A program made the translations under genes and the position numbers. Below are positions 19,819 to 28,340 of a stretch of DNA of 64,000 nucleotides, in pieces. Where the stretch lies: the IMG/VR virus record IMGVR_UViG_3300021399_000099, positions 96,001 through 160,000 of that record. One strand, 5' to 3'. This stretch comes from a virus. Its lineage: Duplodnaviria; Caudoviricetes. Every line of letters begins with the position of its first letter. Within the stretch, counting starts at the first letter, position 1. Below the pieces are notes generated by a model. That model did not search any database. It was not told the DNA's origin and saw only the letters and a list, made by a program, of their open reading frames with translations.

Positions 19819-20150
19819 TACTTGTTCCTCTCAAAAAAACTAACGAGGTCCGCCTTCGGCTGATTTCCTTGCACCCTATCAACTTCCTCACCGTTCTTGT
19901 AGGCAAAAAGGACCGGAATACCCCTTATTTTTAATTCATCGAGCTTGTCTTCAAACCACTCGTCATCAACATTTACTTCCGCAATGAGAACGCCTTTAAC
20001 TTCTTCCTGGGAAAGGCTCTGGATTGTGTTGCTTAAAATCCTGCAAGGGCCGCACCAATCAGCAAAGCACTTGATTACGTTCAAAGTGCCAGGTGAGTTA
20101 ATGAAATCGTTATATTCTTCAATACTATTCAGTTTCTTAATGTCTGCCAT
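19818..20150 (-). CDS. trxA: Thioredoxin
   Basis: FADWCGPC active site and IRGIP cis-Pro loop. Confidence 0.92.
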   Translation of the reverse strand: MADIKKLNSIEEYNDFINSPGTLNVIKCFADWCGPCRILSNTIQSLSQEEVKGVLIAEVNVDDEWFEDKLDELKIRGIPVLFAYKNGEEVDRVQGNQPKADLVSFFERNK

Positions 20151-20175
20151 TATTTATCCTCTTATAATTTTATTG

Positions 20176-20304
20176 TTAATCGTCCCAATAATCTGCAAGC
20201 TCACGAAGAACCTCTGCAACGCTACTATCTCCTACATAGTACCCGTTCTTTACGAGACATTCTTTAAGCTGTTGGGAAAGAGCGTTTTTCTCAAGTTCAG
20301 TCAT
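20176..20304 (-). CDS. Small hypothetical protein (42 aa, MTELEKNALSQQLKEC...)
   Basis: Manual translation; fills gap. Confidence 0.5.
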   Translation of the reverse strand: MTELEKNALSQQLKECLVKNGYYVGDSSVAEVLRELADYWDD

Positions 20305-20327
20305 AATATCTAATTTTTATTCGATAA

Positions 20328-20363
20328 TGGGCCAATATCGAGTTTTTATTAGATATTGGCCCA
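20328..20363 (-). terminator. Hairpin / probable terminator after ssb
   Basis: tgggccaatatc / gatattggccca. Confidence 0.6.
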
Positions 20364-20371
20364 CATTTATT

Positions 20372-20878
20372 TTAGAAAGGAAGGTCGTCACCGGTATCCC
20401 AACTTGCCGGGGCTGCTGAAACACTTACCTGCTGCTGGGGCTGGGTTGCAGGGGCTGTATTCTCGCGAACCTCCTGGACCTGGGGAGTCTGTGGCTTTGC
20501 AACCTCTTCAGACTTTGTTCCGCCAGTAAAGGTAGAAACCTGTACCTCATTGTTCTCCTCCTTCTTTGTTCCAAGAGAAGGGAGCTCGATGTTGTTTGCG
20601 GTTACGTAGTTGTTGAGGTAGATTTTACCGTTCTTGTTCGTTACCTCACTGTTAAGTGTGCCTTGTACAATGATGTAGCGGCCCTTGGTGAGGAACTTTG
20701 ATTGGTTCTCTACTACAAACTGGTCAAAAGAAGTGATATCAAACCACTCGGTCTTATTTGCTCCGTTTATAAAAGTGTCGTTTGCAAGACTGAAGCGAAT
20801 GTAGTTCTTACCCTTTGCTGTCTGAAAGGTCTTTGCACCATCCTTACCGATGCGTCCGTCCAATGTAATGGTTTTCAT
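20372..20878 (-). CDS. ssb: Single-stranded DNA-binding protein
   Basis: L.GRIGKD, FSLA, TEWF, L.KG..I.V.G.L OB-fold motifs; acidic tail DDLPF. Confidence 0.9.
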   Translation of the reverse strand: MKTITLDGRIGKDGAKTFQTAKGKNYIRFSLANDTFINGANKTEWFDITSFDQFVVENQSKFLTKGRYIIVQGTLNSEVTNKNGKIYLNNYVTANNIELPSLGTKKEENNEVQVSTFTGGTKSEEVAKPQTPQVQEVRENTAPATQPQQQVSVSAAPASWDTGDDLPF

Positions 20879-20935
20879 AATTCTAAAAAAATTAAGTTTT
20901 AATAATTCTTATACATAATAATTTCTTCTATTTCT

Positions 20936-20964
20936 AATATACACACTTTTTTATTCCAAAACAA
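20936..20964 (-). promoter_or_regulatory. sigma70-like promoter TTGTTT-N17-TATATT upstream of ssb
   Basis: Matches recurrent motif. Confidence 0.55.
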
Positions 20965-20986
20965 AATATTTATAGAAAAAGTAAGT

Positions 20987-21430
20987 ATGAAAAAAACATT
21001 TTTAGAATGGGTAGCCTACTGTCTGTTGTTTATCTGGCAGCTCCCACAGAATATTGTTGGACTTTTCACTATGTTATATTTTTTGATAGTAGGAAAAGTG
21101 AGAAAAATAGATGAAACAAAATGGTCTGCGGCCTATGAATCAACAAAGATGCTTGGCGGTATTTCTCTTGGCTGTTTCTGTTTTGTAAGCGATTTAAGTT
21201 CCAAGAGAAAAGAGTATGTAGCCCACGAATTAAAAGGGCATACCGTTGATAGCCGTATTATGGGTCCGTTTTATCTCCTCATTATTGGTCTGCCTTCATT
21301 ATTAAATGCGATGTTCGGTTTCACCAAGTGCTATTACGACTTCTATACCGAGGTAAGAAGTAACCGGCATGCAGGGCTCGGGGTTGATGAAAATTGCAGA
21401 CTTTATTTTTTAAATGACAAGGAAAAATAA
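20987..21430 (+). CDS. Hypothetical membrane protein with HE..GH motif
   Basis: WQLPQN..G, GISLG, AHELKGH; own TATTTAT motif and terminator. Confidence 0.65.
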   Translation: MKKTFLEWVAYCLLFIWQLPQNIVGLFTMLYFLIVGKVRKIDETKWSAAYESTKMLGGISLGCFCFVSDLSSKRKEYVAHELKGHTVDSRIMGPFYLLIIGLPSLLNAMFGFTKCYYDFYTEVRSNRHAGLGVDENCRLYFLNDKEK

Positions 21431-21435
21431 TAAAC

Positions 21436-21467
21436 AAAAAGCCACTGTTAAAGTGGCTTTTTTTTTT
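21436..21467. terminator. Bidirectional intrinsic terminator
   Basis: aaaaagccact / agtggcttttt between convergent genes. Confidence 0.85.
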
Positions 21468-21708
21468 AAATCATCGACTTGCCTACTTTTGGATTAGCCG
21501 GCACGACATAGTTCCAGCCATTTGCAGCCTCCCGCTTTAAAAGCTCACGGAAATCGTACTGATAATCCGGACTAAGCAAAATGCTGTCCAGATAAAACAC
21601 GCCATTGGTTAGATAGAGCTCACGCCCCTTTTGAATCATTTTCTCTCCCTTAGGGTCAAGTGGAATATCCTTCGCTATAAGGTATCTTCCGTCTTTTACT
21701 TCTGCCAT
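21466..21708 (-). CDS. hypothetical protein
   Basis: ORF ending at terminator. Confidence 0.65.
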   Translation of the reverse strand: MAEVKDGRYLIAKDIPLDPKGEKMIQKGRELYLTNGVFYLDSILLSPDYQYDFRELLKREAANGWNYVVPANPKVGKSMI

Positions 21709-21729
21709 AATATATTGATTGTTAATTAG

Positions 21730-21909
21730 TTATTCTTCAACTTCTATCGGTTTTCTCAACTCTTTTTCGCGTTTCTCGTTGCGGCTTAGTTTATCGTCTA
21801 TCTTGCCGCACTTCCTGTCAAAATACTGATTTACAACGGCTGGAACATCGTCGCCATAAACGCCTCGTCTGGTTTTACCCTTTTCTTTGTGTAATTTACT
21901 GTCTGACAT
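21730..21909 (-). CDS. Small hypothetical protein (59 aa, MSDSKLHKEKGKTRRG...)
   Basis: Manual translation; fills gap. Confidence 0.55.
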   Translation of the reverse strand: MSDSKLHKEKGKTRRGVYGDDVPAVVNQYFDRKCGKIDDKLSRNEKREKELRKPIEVEE

Positions 21910-21913
21910 ATAT

Positions 21914-22786
21914 TTAACTGTTTATCTTCAATGCAAATCTTAATCTTCCAACCTCGTCCTTCATCTTTATCTTTTCATATGAGCCATCCGGAAGCAGCCA
22001 TATAATCCGTCTGCCGATTACTTTAAGACCCAATTTTTCAATAGGGATAGAGTAAAGAGAGAGCTGGAGCTGATAATGTGAAAGCGATTCTTCCACCAAA
22101 TCATCAAACGGGGCTTTCATCATCTTTCCGGTATCCCTGCAATAATCGTTCGACAAGTCTTTATTCGTTTTATAATCAAATACGACCAGTCCATTTTTCG
22201 GGTCATTCTTCCCCTTATAGTAATAAAACAATATATCAAATGTTCCGGCATATGGGGTTCCCTCCTGGTTGAATACCTTTGTCTCGGCAAGTACCGGAAC
22301 GAAACTCTCCGGGATATCCTTCCAAAACTGTATAACTGCCTCTTCGTGCTTATTCTTTGCTACTGGTTCGTCTCCGGCAAATTGTTCCTTATATTCGGGC
22401 AAAATCTTATCGTCCTCCCCAATCATCCAATAGAACATACTCTCACCAAACCCATGAACCAATGTACCGAAATCACACGCCTCTTTCGCATTTTTATCCC
22501 AGAGTTCCCGGATTTCGTCCTTTGACATTCCGTAATATTTGTAATCCTTCTTCCACTGGGCTTTCTTGGCACACCCTTCAAGCATCGCCTCGCGGTCATT
22601 GTTTTCCCACCTCTTTATTATATCGCTCACGCAGGTATATTCAACTCCGTCAAGGAAATACTGGTGGGTCTCTTCAATGAACTGAAGTCTGTTTGAGTAC
22701 GCCTCGACTATCTGTTTCCTTATCTTCTTTATCTCCGGCAGGTCATAGTAATCAGCCCATTTCCTCCTCGTCTTTTTTATCATCAC
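21914..22786 (-). CDS. PD-(D/E)XK family exonuclease
   Basis: F.EETHQY, GTLVH, AE..V, AGTFD, DYKTNK, YQLQLSLY. Confidence 0.85.
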   Translation of the reverse strand: MMIKKTRRKWADYYDLPEIKKIRKQIVEAYSNRLQFIEETHQYFLDGVEYTCVSDIIKRWENNDREAMLEGCAKKAQWKKDYKYYGMSKDEIRELWDKNAKEACDFGTLVHGFGESMFYWMIGEDDKILPEYKEQFAGDEPVAKNKHEEAVIQFWKDIPESFVPVLAETKVFNQEGTPYAGTFDILFYYYKGKNDPKNGLVVFDYKTNKDLSNDYCRDTGKMMKAPFDDLVEESLSHYQLQLSLYSIPIEKLGLKVIGRRIIWLLPDGSYEKIKMKDEVGRLRFALKINS

Positions 22787-23072
22787 CTTCTTTCTTATCT
22801 GTTATGAATGACCACAATGATTTCGCTATCATCCCCTCAACATTAGTCTTGTCTATCTCAGCCACGAAGAGAGTATCACAATCATAGTTCTCGAAATGTA
22901 AATGCGGTATTAGAAGTTGGGATATTTCCTTCGCTGTCTTATCACTATTTACTATCCAGGCAGACTCTATAATATGTTTGTTCTCCGGGAAATTGACCTT
23001 AATTGCTTCATAAAACGGAGAATAGTCTCTTGAATTATTGCGAAAATGGTATGTTATAATATATTTCTTCAT
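22752..23072 (-). CDS. Small Cas2/SinR-like ferredoxin-fold protein
   Basis: YIITY......DY...YEAIK......IESAWIV pattern. Confidence 0.45.
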   Translation of the reverse strand: MKKYIITYHFRNNSRDYSPFYEAIKVNFPENKHIIESAWIVNSDKTAKEISQLLIPHLHFENYDCDTLFVAEIDKTNVEGMIAKSLWSFITDKKEGDDKKDEEEMG

Positions 23073-23224
23073 TTCTTCTTTCTGTTCGCTTTATATTCCC
23101 CGGCATTAAACAGCCATTCGTCAAGCTCATCGGTGACATACAAGGGGTTTTTCCTCCTTTTCTTTATTATGTCCCGGTTCATTTCACGTATTTGCAAGTG
23201 AAGTTTCCAGGTCTTACTTGTCAT
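23069..23224 (-). CDS. Small hypothetical protein (51 aa)
   Basis: Manual translation; overlaps both neighbours. Confidence 0.5.
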   Translation of the reverse strand: MTSKTWKLHLQIREMNRDIIKKRRKNPLYVTDELDEWLFNAGEYKANRKKK

Positions 23225-23429
23225 TCCCTTTGGCTTTTTCATTGTTTTTGTACGCGATTATCTCATCAACCAATTTAGCTGCCTGGACATATATCTTCGA
23301 CTGCTCAAACGGATTACTGCCAACAGAAAACCTGAAGCTCTTGTCATTTATAACGAGTACCGGGTCTCCATCTGGTAATCTGTATCCATCTAAAACCGTA
23401 TCTCCGTCGCCTGAAATTATCTTAATCAT
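23214..23429 (-). CDS. hypothetical protein
   Basis: ORF tiles operon. Confidence 0.6.
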   Translation of the reverse strand: MIKIISGDGDTVLDGYRLPDGDPVLVINDKSFRFSVGSNPFEQSKIYVQAAKLVDEIIAYKNNEKAKGNDK

Positions 23430-23435
23430 ACCTAT

Positions 23436-23816
23436 CTATTTCGCTATGTTTGTAATTGTTGCCCAATCCTTAATCCAATAAACTTTGTCATCATCTTTCA
23501 TATAAAGAACAGACTTTGGTAGCCAGAAAAGAATATCGTGGTCAAGGCTTGTTTCGACACTCCTATCAACCCTAAATAAAATAGCTTTTTCTGTTTTCTT
23601 CACAATGATGCAGACGTACGTAAAACCCGTCCTTTTTAAAACCACACTATCCCCTTCCGGATAATCGTGAATAGGTTTAAAACGAGCTGGACGATACGTC
23701 CTTATGGTCGGGTATCCATATATATCATCAAAATCATATTCGTAGTAATACCCATCAATGTCATCGATGTAGTCATTGAAACCCGCCTCAATTGACATTT
23801 CTGCATACTCACCCAT
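23436..23816 (-). CDS. hypothetical protein
   Basis: ORF tiles operon. Confidence 0.65.
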   Translation of the reverse strand: MGEYAEMSIEAGFNDYIDDIDGYYYEYDFDDIYGYPTIRTYRPARFKPIHDYPEGDSVVLKRTGFTYVCIIVKKTEKAILFRVDRSVETSLDHDILFWLPKSVLYMKDDDKVYWIKDWATITNIAK

Positions 23817-24189
23817 TACCGTTCCTCCTTTCCTTTGCTTCTTTAATCTTTTCTTTCATCAACCTCTTTTCCAGCTTATCTTTGATGACATCGCAATGGC
23901 ACCGCTCTGGCTTGCAATAGCACTCCAGGTAGATATCCTCTCCGTTCTTGTATTTTTCATATATTTCGTCAATGATGTACTTGAACGGGGCGTTTCCTTT
24001 GTACATGCGGTCAAAATAGGCATCATATCTGTCTATGGCTTCGTCCCTATTTTTAACAACAAACATTGCCAGCGTCTTCTTATCCTTTATGTGAGTATAA
24101 GGATTTGAGAGCAAGCTGGGTCTATAACACGGATAATTGCCATCCCTATCGCTGTAGTCTTCCTTTGTTCTGTTATACACGTAAATCAT
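23809..24189 (-). CDS. DUF4326 domain protein
   Basis: RPS.L.NPY...R.EAI..Y...L.CYCKP.RCH.DVI. Confidence 0.8.
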   Translation of the reverse strand: MIYVYNRTKEDYSDRDGNYPCYRPSLLSNPYTHIKDKKTLAMFVVKNRDEAIDRYDAYFDRMYKGNAPFKYIIDEIYEKYKNGEDIYLECYCKPERCHCDVIKDKLEKRLMKEKIKEAKERRNGNG

Positions 24190-24434
24190 TTTCCTGGCAC
24201 ACCTCCAATTTGCTTTCCCGTTTTAATCTCTTCTATCATTACGCAGCTTTCATAGCATTTCTTGCAAACATACGGAACTGCCTGATAACCAGGGTGATGT
24301 ACCATCGGAGACGGGTCTAGGAAATCATAGTCTTCACCGCTGTATTCCTTATAGAACTCCCTGGCAGGAACCCAATTATGTTTGCATTTGATTATTCCTT
24401 TTCGGTATAGCCACCTTTTAAAATTATTCCACAT
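24186..24434 (-). CDS. Hypothetical zinc-ribbon-like protein
   Basis: CKH.W ... CKKC. Confidence 0.55.
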   Translation of the reverse strand: MWNNFKRWLYRKGIIKCKHNWVPAREFYKEYSGEDYDFLDPSPMVHHPGYQAVPYVCKKCYESCVMIEEIKTGKQIGGVPGK

Positions 24435-24657
24435 AAAAATCGTAAATCATAAGTTCAACTTCTCCCGTATCTGGGTTTATGTCAAGGATAAACGAGGTAC
24501 TATCCCCGTTGCCCTTAGCATCCCATGAACCGCTGTTTTCTTCGACCGGGATTTCCCTTCCAAGGTTAAGTAGTTGTCTTATAAGAAGTTGCGGAATTTC
24601 AATGTCGGTTTCATATTCCTCGCCCCTGTTTGATGCTCTAGATACTGTCACTTTCAT
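24424..24657 (-). CDS. hypothetical protein
   Basis: ORF tiles operon. Confidence 0.6.
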   Translation of the reverse strand: MKVTVSRASNRGEEYETDIEIPQLLIRQLLNLGREIPVEENSGSWDAKGNGDSTSFILDINPDTGEVELMIYDFYVE

Positions 24658-24851
24658 AGTTTTATTACTCCTTCTTTTTTAAGTGTATGAAAAATAAACA
24701 AAACCGTAACCACACCGGCAACGATAACCCCTAACGGACTGCCAAAATATATCGTTCCGGCCACAAAACAATACTTAATCCCATAATAGCCAACCAGAAA
24801 TAGGGCTATATATTCTATGGCTACCAGTATTTTTCTTAAAAAATCTCTCAT
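24654..24851 (-). CDS. Small two-TM membrane protein (probably leaderless)
   Basis: Start MRDFLRK 6 nt after TATAAT; hydrophobic segments. Confidence 0.65.
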   Translation of the reverse strand: MRDFLRKILVAIEYIALFLVGYYGIKYCFVAGTIYFGSPLGVIVAGVVTVLFIFHTLKKEGVIKL

Positions 24852-24857
24852 ATACAA

Positions 24858-24886
24858 ATTATACAAAAAATTATGCAGAAAAACAA
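24858..24886 (-). promoter_or_regulatory. sigma70-like promoter TTGTTT-N17-TATAAT
   Basis: Representative of about 12 copies; ATG 6 nt downstream. Confidence 0.65.
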
Positions 24887-24930
24887 AACCCACGCACTTG
24901 ATTGCTCAAAGGTACGTGGGAATAAAAACC

Positions 24931-25554
24931 CTAAAACATATATAGGAACATAGCCCCGACCGAATGCTGATTTAGTTTCGTGTTATATTGATACTGCAAA
25001 CCAAAACCCGCGTCCTGCCGGAAGAACATACCTCCCTGGGCCATCAAGGAGCCATCAGTCGAAAGACCAGCACCGATATAAGGCAAGTATTTCCTCGTTA
25101 CCGTGACAGTTTCCGTGACCTGTCTCTGCATCGGCTTGAAAGTATATTCAAAACTCGCCATTCGGTTATATTTGACGGTCGCATCATACGAGAACCGTCC
25201 AAGGGTATCGTTGTCAAACAATACCTCGCCGTAGTATCTCTCTGTCGCCCAGTCCTTTAAAACCTTAACGGTGTCATCAGCGGTTATATAAATCGTATCT
25301 TTCTTTTCTGGAAACAATTCACTATATAAACCTTCCTTGATGCAGGTCATAATTATGTTCAACGTGTCAGCCGGCTCTACAACCTTATATGGTACCGGCT
25401 TAGGAATACTGTCATGTATGGGCGGCAATTCAATATATTCTATCTTGGGTTTCACATTCACCTCTCTTTGCCGACCAATGAAAAATCCGCCAAAGAAAAG
25501 AGCCAGTGCTACCAATGCCATAAAAGCTATTTTCCACCAATTTGTTTGTTCCAT
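24931..25554 (-). CDS. Membrane-anchored protein, possibly a lysis accessory (spanin-like)
   Basis: N-terminal TM, Pro-rich linker, beta-rich C-terminus ending in F; upstream TATTTAT motif. Confidence 0.4.
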   Translation of the reverse strand: MEQTNWWKIAFMALVALALFFGGFFIGRQREVNVKPKIEYIELPPIHDSIPKPVPYKVVEPADTLNIIMTCIKEGLYSELFPEKKDTIYITADDTVKVLKDWATERYYGEVLFDNDTLGRFSYDATVKYNRMASFEYTFKPMQRQVTETVTVTRKYLPYIGAGLSTDGSLMAQGGMFFRQDAGFGLQYQYNTKLNQHSVGAMFLYMF

Positions 25555-25583
25555 CAGTTAAAGTGTTTCTTTAAATAAATACA

Positions 25584-26021
25584 TCAAAGGAGTCTTTTCT
25601 CAACCATTTTGTTATGGAACTTAACGACCTTGGACATTTCTTCCTTCGTTATCTTTCGTACGACCTCGAGAGCTGTTTCATTAAGAACACTGGCCCCGAA
25701 AGAAAAACCGTTGTGTTCATCATAAGTGGTATAGACGCTGTCGCCATCATTGTCAGTTTCACCATCGAGCGGATTAAAGGGAAGGGTCAAAGATGGACCC
25801 TGCAGGTTTATTGACTTTCCGTGATTGCGTATATTCTGGTATTCAACTTTCATAAAGATATAGTCTTCTCCGTCATAATACACAACATATGAATCTTTGA
25901 AGTCGCCTCCGTTGCCAACTATAATCTCATCCATTTCACGCTGGCAATCGTCAAGCTCCTTATTCAAGCGGTCCATTTCCTTTCTAAGTTCGTCGATTTT
26001 GTTTTCTACTTTTTCATTCAT
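25584..26021 (-). CDS. hypothetical protein
   Basis: ORF tiles operon. Confidence 0.65.
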   Translation of the reverse strand: MNEKVENKIDELRKEMDRLNKELDDCQREMDEIIVGNGGDFKDSYVVYYDGEDYIFMKVEYQNIRNHGKSINLQGPSLTLPFNPLDGETDNDGDSVYTTYDEHNGFSFGASVLNETALEVVRKITKEEMSKVVKFHNKMVEKRLL

Positions 26022-26578
26022 TTCTCGTAAGCATGTTTTATTTGACTTATTTCGGTATAGTTTTCAACGGTTGTAAAAAAAGAACTAAGTGTCTTATAAA
26101 CCATCTTGCCCCAAGTTCCATTACGGTAAAACTCTCCACCACAACGACCCAGGGTTCTTCCAAGTTTTATAACGCTGACATCATAATTCACATAAACATC
26201 GACTTTGACATTCAGTGGATTAATATAATCGAGGGTTCCATCTTCATTTACCGGCAGTCTCCAGTTGTCTTCGGGTCGTTTCACATATATTTGTACCACG
26301 GCATCATTCGTTTCGTTATTCAAACTCAAAAGGAAGAAAAGGTTCTGGTAAAAAATTACATGCGTACCTTCCATTTCCATTACTTTTATGAATATTGGCT
26401 CGGTATCGCAATCAACGGTGAGTTTTCCATTTCCGTCAAACGGTCCTGTTATATCTCCGGCAACCATATATACCTTCCCATAATCCTCAGCTGTCCCAAC
26501 ATAATGGAAAAGGTCTGTCTGGCGAAGTTTCTGGGCACTCAAAAAACCATATAATCTATCATTTAATCTATTAAACAT
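26018..26578 (-). CDS. hypothetical protein
   Basis: ORF tiles operon. Confidence 0.65.
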   Translation of the reverse strand: MFNRLNDRLYGFLSAQKLRQTDLFHYVGTAEDYGKVYMVAGDITGPFDGNGKLTVDCDTEPIFIKVMEMEGTHVIFYQNLFFLLSLNNETNDAVVQIYVKRPEDNWRLPVNEDGTLDYINPLNVKVDVYVNYDVSVIKLGRTLGRCGGEFYRNGTWGKMVYKTLSSFFTTVENYTEISQIKHAYEK

Positions 26579-26583
26579 ATCTT

Positions 26584-26769
26584 TTATTTAATTAAGTAAT
26601 CGTTGTACTCCATAATCCTTGCTATGTCGTTCTCGTCGATATCCGGCACTTCATAGGTAATCCCGTTCGCAAAAGATACGCGATATCCGCCATCATTCGG
26701 GTCTTTGTAGATTATTGTCACCCCCTCAAGATTTATGAGGTTATTTTCCTTCGTTCTGTAAAGTTTCAT
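26584..26769 (-). CDS. hypothetical protein
   Basis: ORF tiles operon. Confidence 0.6.
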   Translation of the reverse strand: MKLYRTKENNLINLEGVTIIYKDPNDGGYRVSFANGITYEVPDIDENDIARIMEYNDYLIK

Positions 26770-26998
26770 ATTCTTTTGCTAATTTCTTACAATATTCTTC
26801 TCTTTGCCTGTACCATTCCTCAAAGTCTTCAATAACTTCTCCGTAATGGTCTTTCGCTGGCCTGTATTCTTCACCTGGCATAAACCAAGGGGGAAGAATA
26901 TCAAACGGCAATGCCCTAATTTTTCCTAGGGTTCTGGGTACCGATGGATGCCATTTCTCTACCCATTCCCTCATATAGTCGAATCTATATTCTTTCAT
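26741..26998 (-). CDS. hypothetical protein (probably leaderless)
   Basis: ATG 6 nt after TATATT box. Confidence 0.6.
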   Translation of the reverse strand: MKEYRFDYMREWVEKWHPSVPRTLGKIRALPFDILPPWFMPGEEYRPAKDHYGEVIEDFEEWYRQREEYCKKLAKEYETLQNEGK

Positions 26999-27030
26999 AA
27001 TCTTAATATACAAAAACTATGCCTAAAAAC

Positions 27031-27061
27031 AAAAAATCCCGAGAAAAAATTCCCGGGATTT
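27031..27061 (-). terminator. Intrinsic terminator after ompA
   Basis: aaatcccg / cgggattt stem plus T-tract on minus strand. Confidence 0.7.
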
Positions 27062-27080
27062 ACGTTGGTTAATCTTTTTT

Positions 27081-28232
27081 TTACTGAACTGTAAGGGTTA
27101 CGATTGCACTCCTGGAGGTCTTGACATTATCAGTTGCGTCAAGCCTGCTGTCGGTTTCAATTCTGTCTCCGGAAATGCCGCATTTAATAAGAGCATTTTT
27201 AACTACGTTGGCTCTATTTCTTGCAAGGGCATAGTTTCTCGGTTCGGTACCGGTCTTGCTGTCAGCAGAGCCAACAACTTTAATCAAAGTACCATCAACA
27301 AGATTCTTTGCAAAAGCCTCTACCTTTGCAGCTTCGGTATCACTCAAAACACAACTGCCAATAGGGAATGTAATAATATTGCTGCCAACAAGAACCTGCG
27401 TCTCCTTGACAATAACTTCTTTCACCTTAGGGTTCCTATTGTTGCAATCAATAAGCTGGTTCTTAAGGTCGCTATTTTCAGCCTCGAGGGAACCGACACG
27501 CTTATTAAGTTCGTTGTATTCATCAAGTGTGAAAGGCATTACAGGAGGGGCTACGGTTGAATATCGGTCAAAGTTCTTTTTCTTCCCGAGATTAAATGAA
27601 AGCCCTACGGTTGCACTAGGAAGAACACAAACTGGTCCAATAGCTGGATTACAGAACTGTGATTCCTTAGTAACAACAGCACCGAGTTCAATGTTCAAAT
27701 TGACAACCGGTCCAAGACGAAGTTCATTAATAAGACCGGCACCGACACCGAATTCTCTGTCAAGGTTTGCTCCTGCTTTGTTATGTACCATTAACAAACC
27801 AGCCTGTGCATAAGGAATGAAATCCCAGAATCTGGTTTCCTTATATCCACTAATTGAGTTTGAAATATTGAAAAGAACATCTCCATGCACATAATGCTGA
27901 TAGAACATTCCTTCAAACTTCGGGTTAGTCTTTACGTTGTTTGTCAAACCGTTATATCCTACACGAAGACCCATGGACGGAGTGAGCCACTTACCGACGT
28001 TTGCATTAACTGCGATACCAATATTTCCAACTTCGAGGTTGTTGTAAAATGTGTTCATTCCAACGCCTAAACCGACGAACCAATTTGCGCCACCACCATT
28101 TGTAAGGTAAGGGCCCTTTACTACGTAACCGTTTGCGTCGCGGTTTCCGTCTTCCTGAGCATACACATTGGTTGTGCCCAGGGCAAAAATCATTGCAACA
28201 AGTGCAACTAAAATAAACTTAAACTTCTTCAT
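27081..28232 (-). CDS. ompA: Bacteroidales-type OmpA family outer membrane protein
   Basis: Signal peptide, beta-barrel (NWFVG.G.G, VGKWLTP..GLR, R.WDFIPY), OmpA C-terminal domain GSADSKTG...N..LA..RA..V. Confidence 0.9.
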   Translation of the reverse strand: MKKFKFILVALVAMIFALGTTNVYAQEDGNRDANGYVVKGPYLTNGGGANWFVGLGVGMNTFYNNLEVGNIGIAVNANVGKWLTPSMGLRVGYNGLTNNVKTNPKFEGMFYQHYVHGDVLFNISNSISGYKETRFWDFIPYAQAGLLMVHNKAGANLDREFGVGAGLINELRLGPVVNLNIELGAVVTKESQFCNPAIGPVCVLPSATVGLSFNLGKKKNFDRYSTVAPPVMPFTLDEYNELNKRVGSLEAENSDLKNQLIDCNNRNPKVKEVIVKETQVLVGSNIITFPIGSCVLSDTEAAKVEAFAKNLVDGTLIKVVGSADSKTGTEPRNYALARNRANVVKNALIKCGISGDRIETDSRLDATDNVKTSRSAIVTLTVQ

Positions 28233-28310
28233 ACTTTAAATAATGTTTTTTAGTTTTATTAATATACATAAATATATTGAAACAAACAAATAAAGAAAGC
28301 GGGTTTTATA

Positions 28311-28319
28311 ACTATTTAT
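28311..28319 (+). promoter_or_regulatory. Putative late promoter motif ACTATTTAT
   Basis: Upstream of adhesin and amidase. Confidence 0.55.
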
Positions 28320-28340
28320 ATGATAAAATACGTAAAGATA

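Noticed and set aside
22752-23072. Cas2-like ORF as evidence of a CRISPR-Cas system
   Set aside because: Weak resemblance only; the catalytic Asp position reads His (ITYH), and there are no other cas genes or array.
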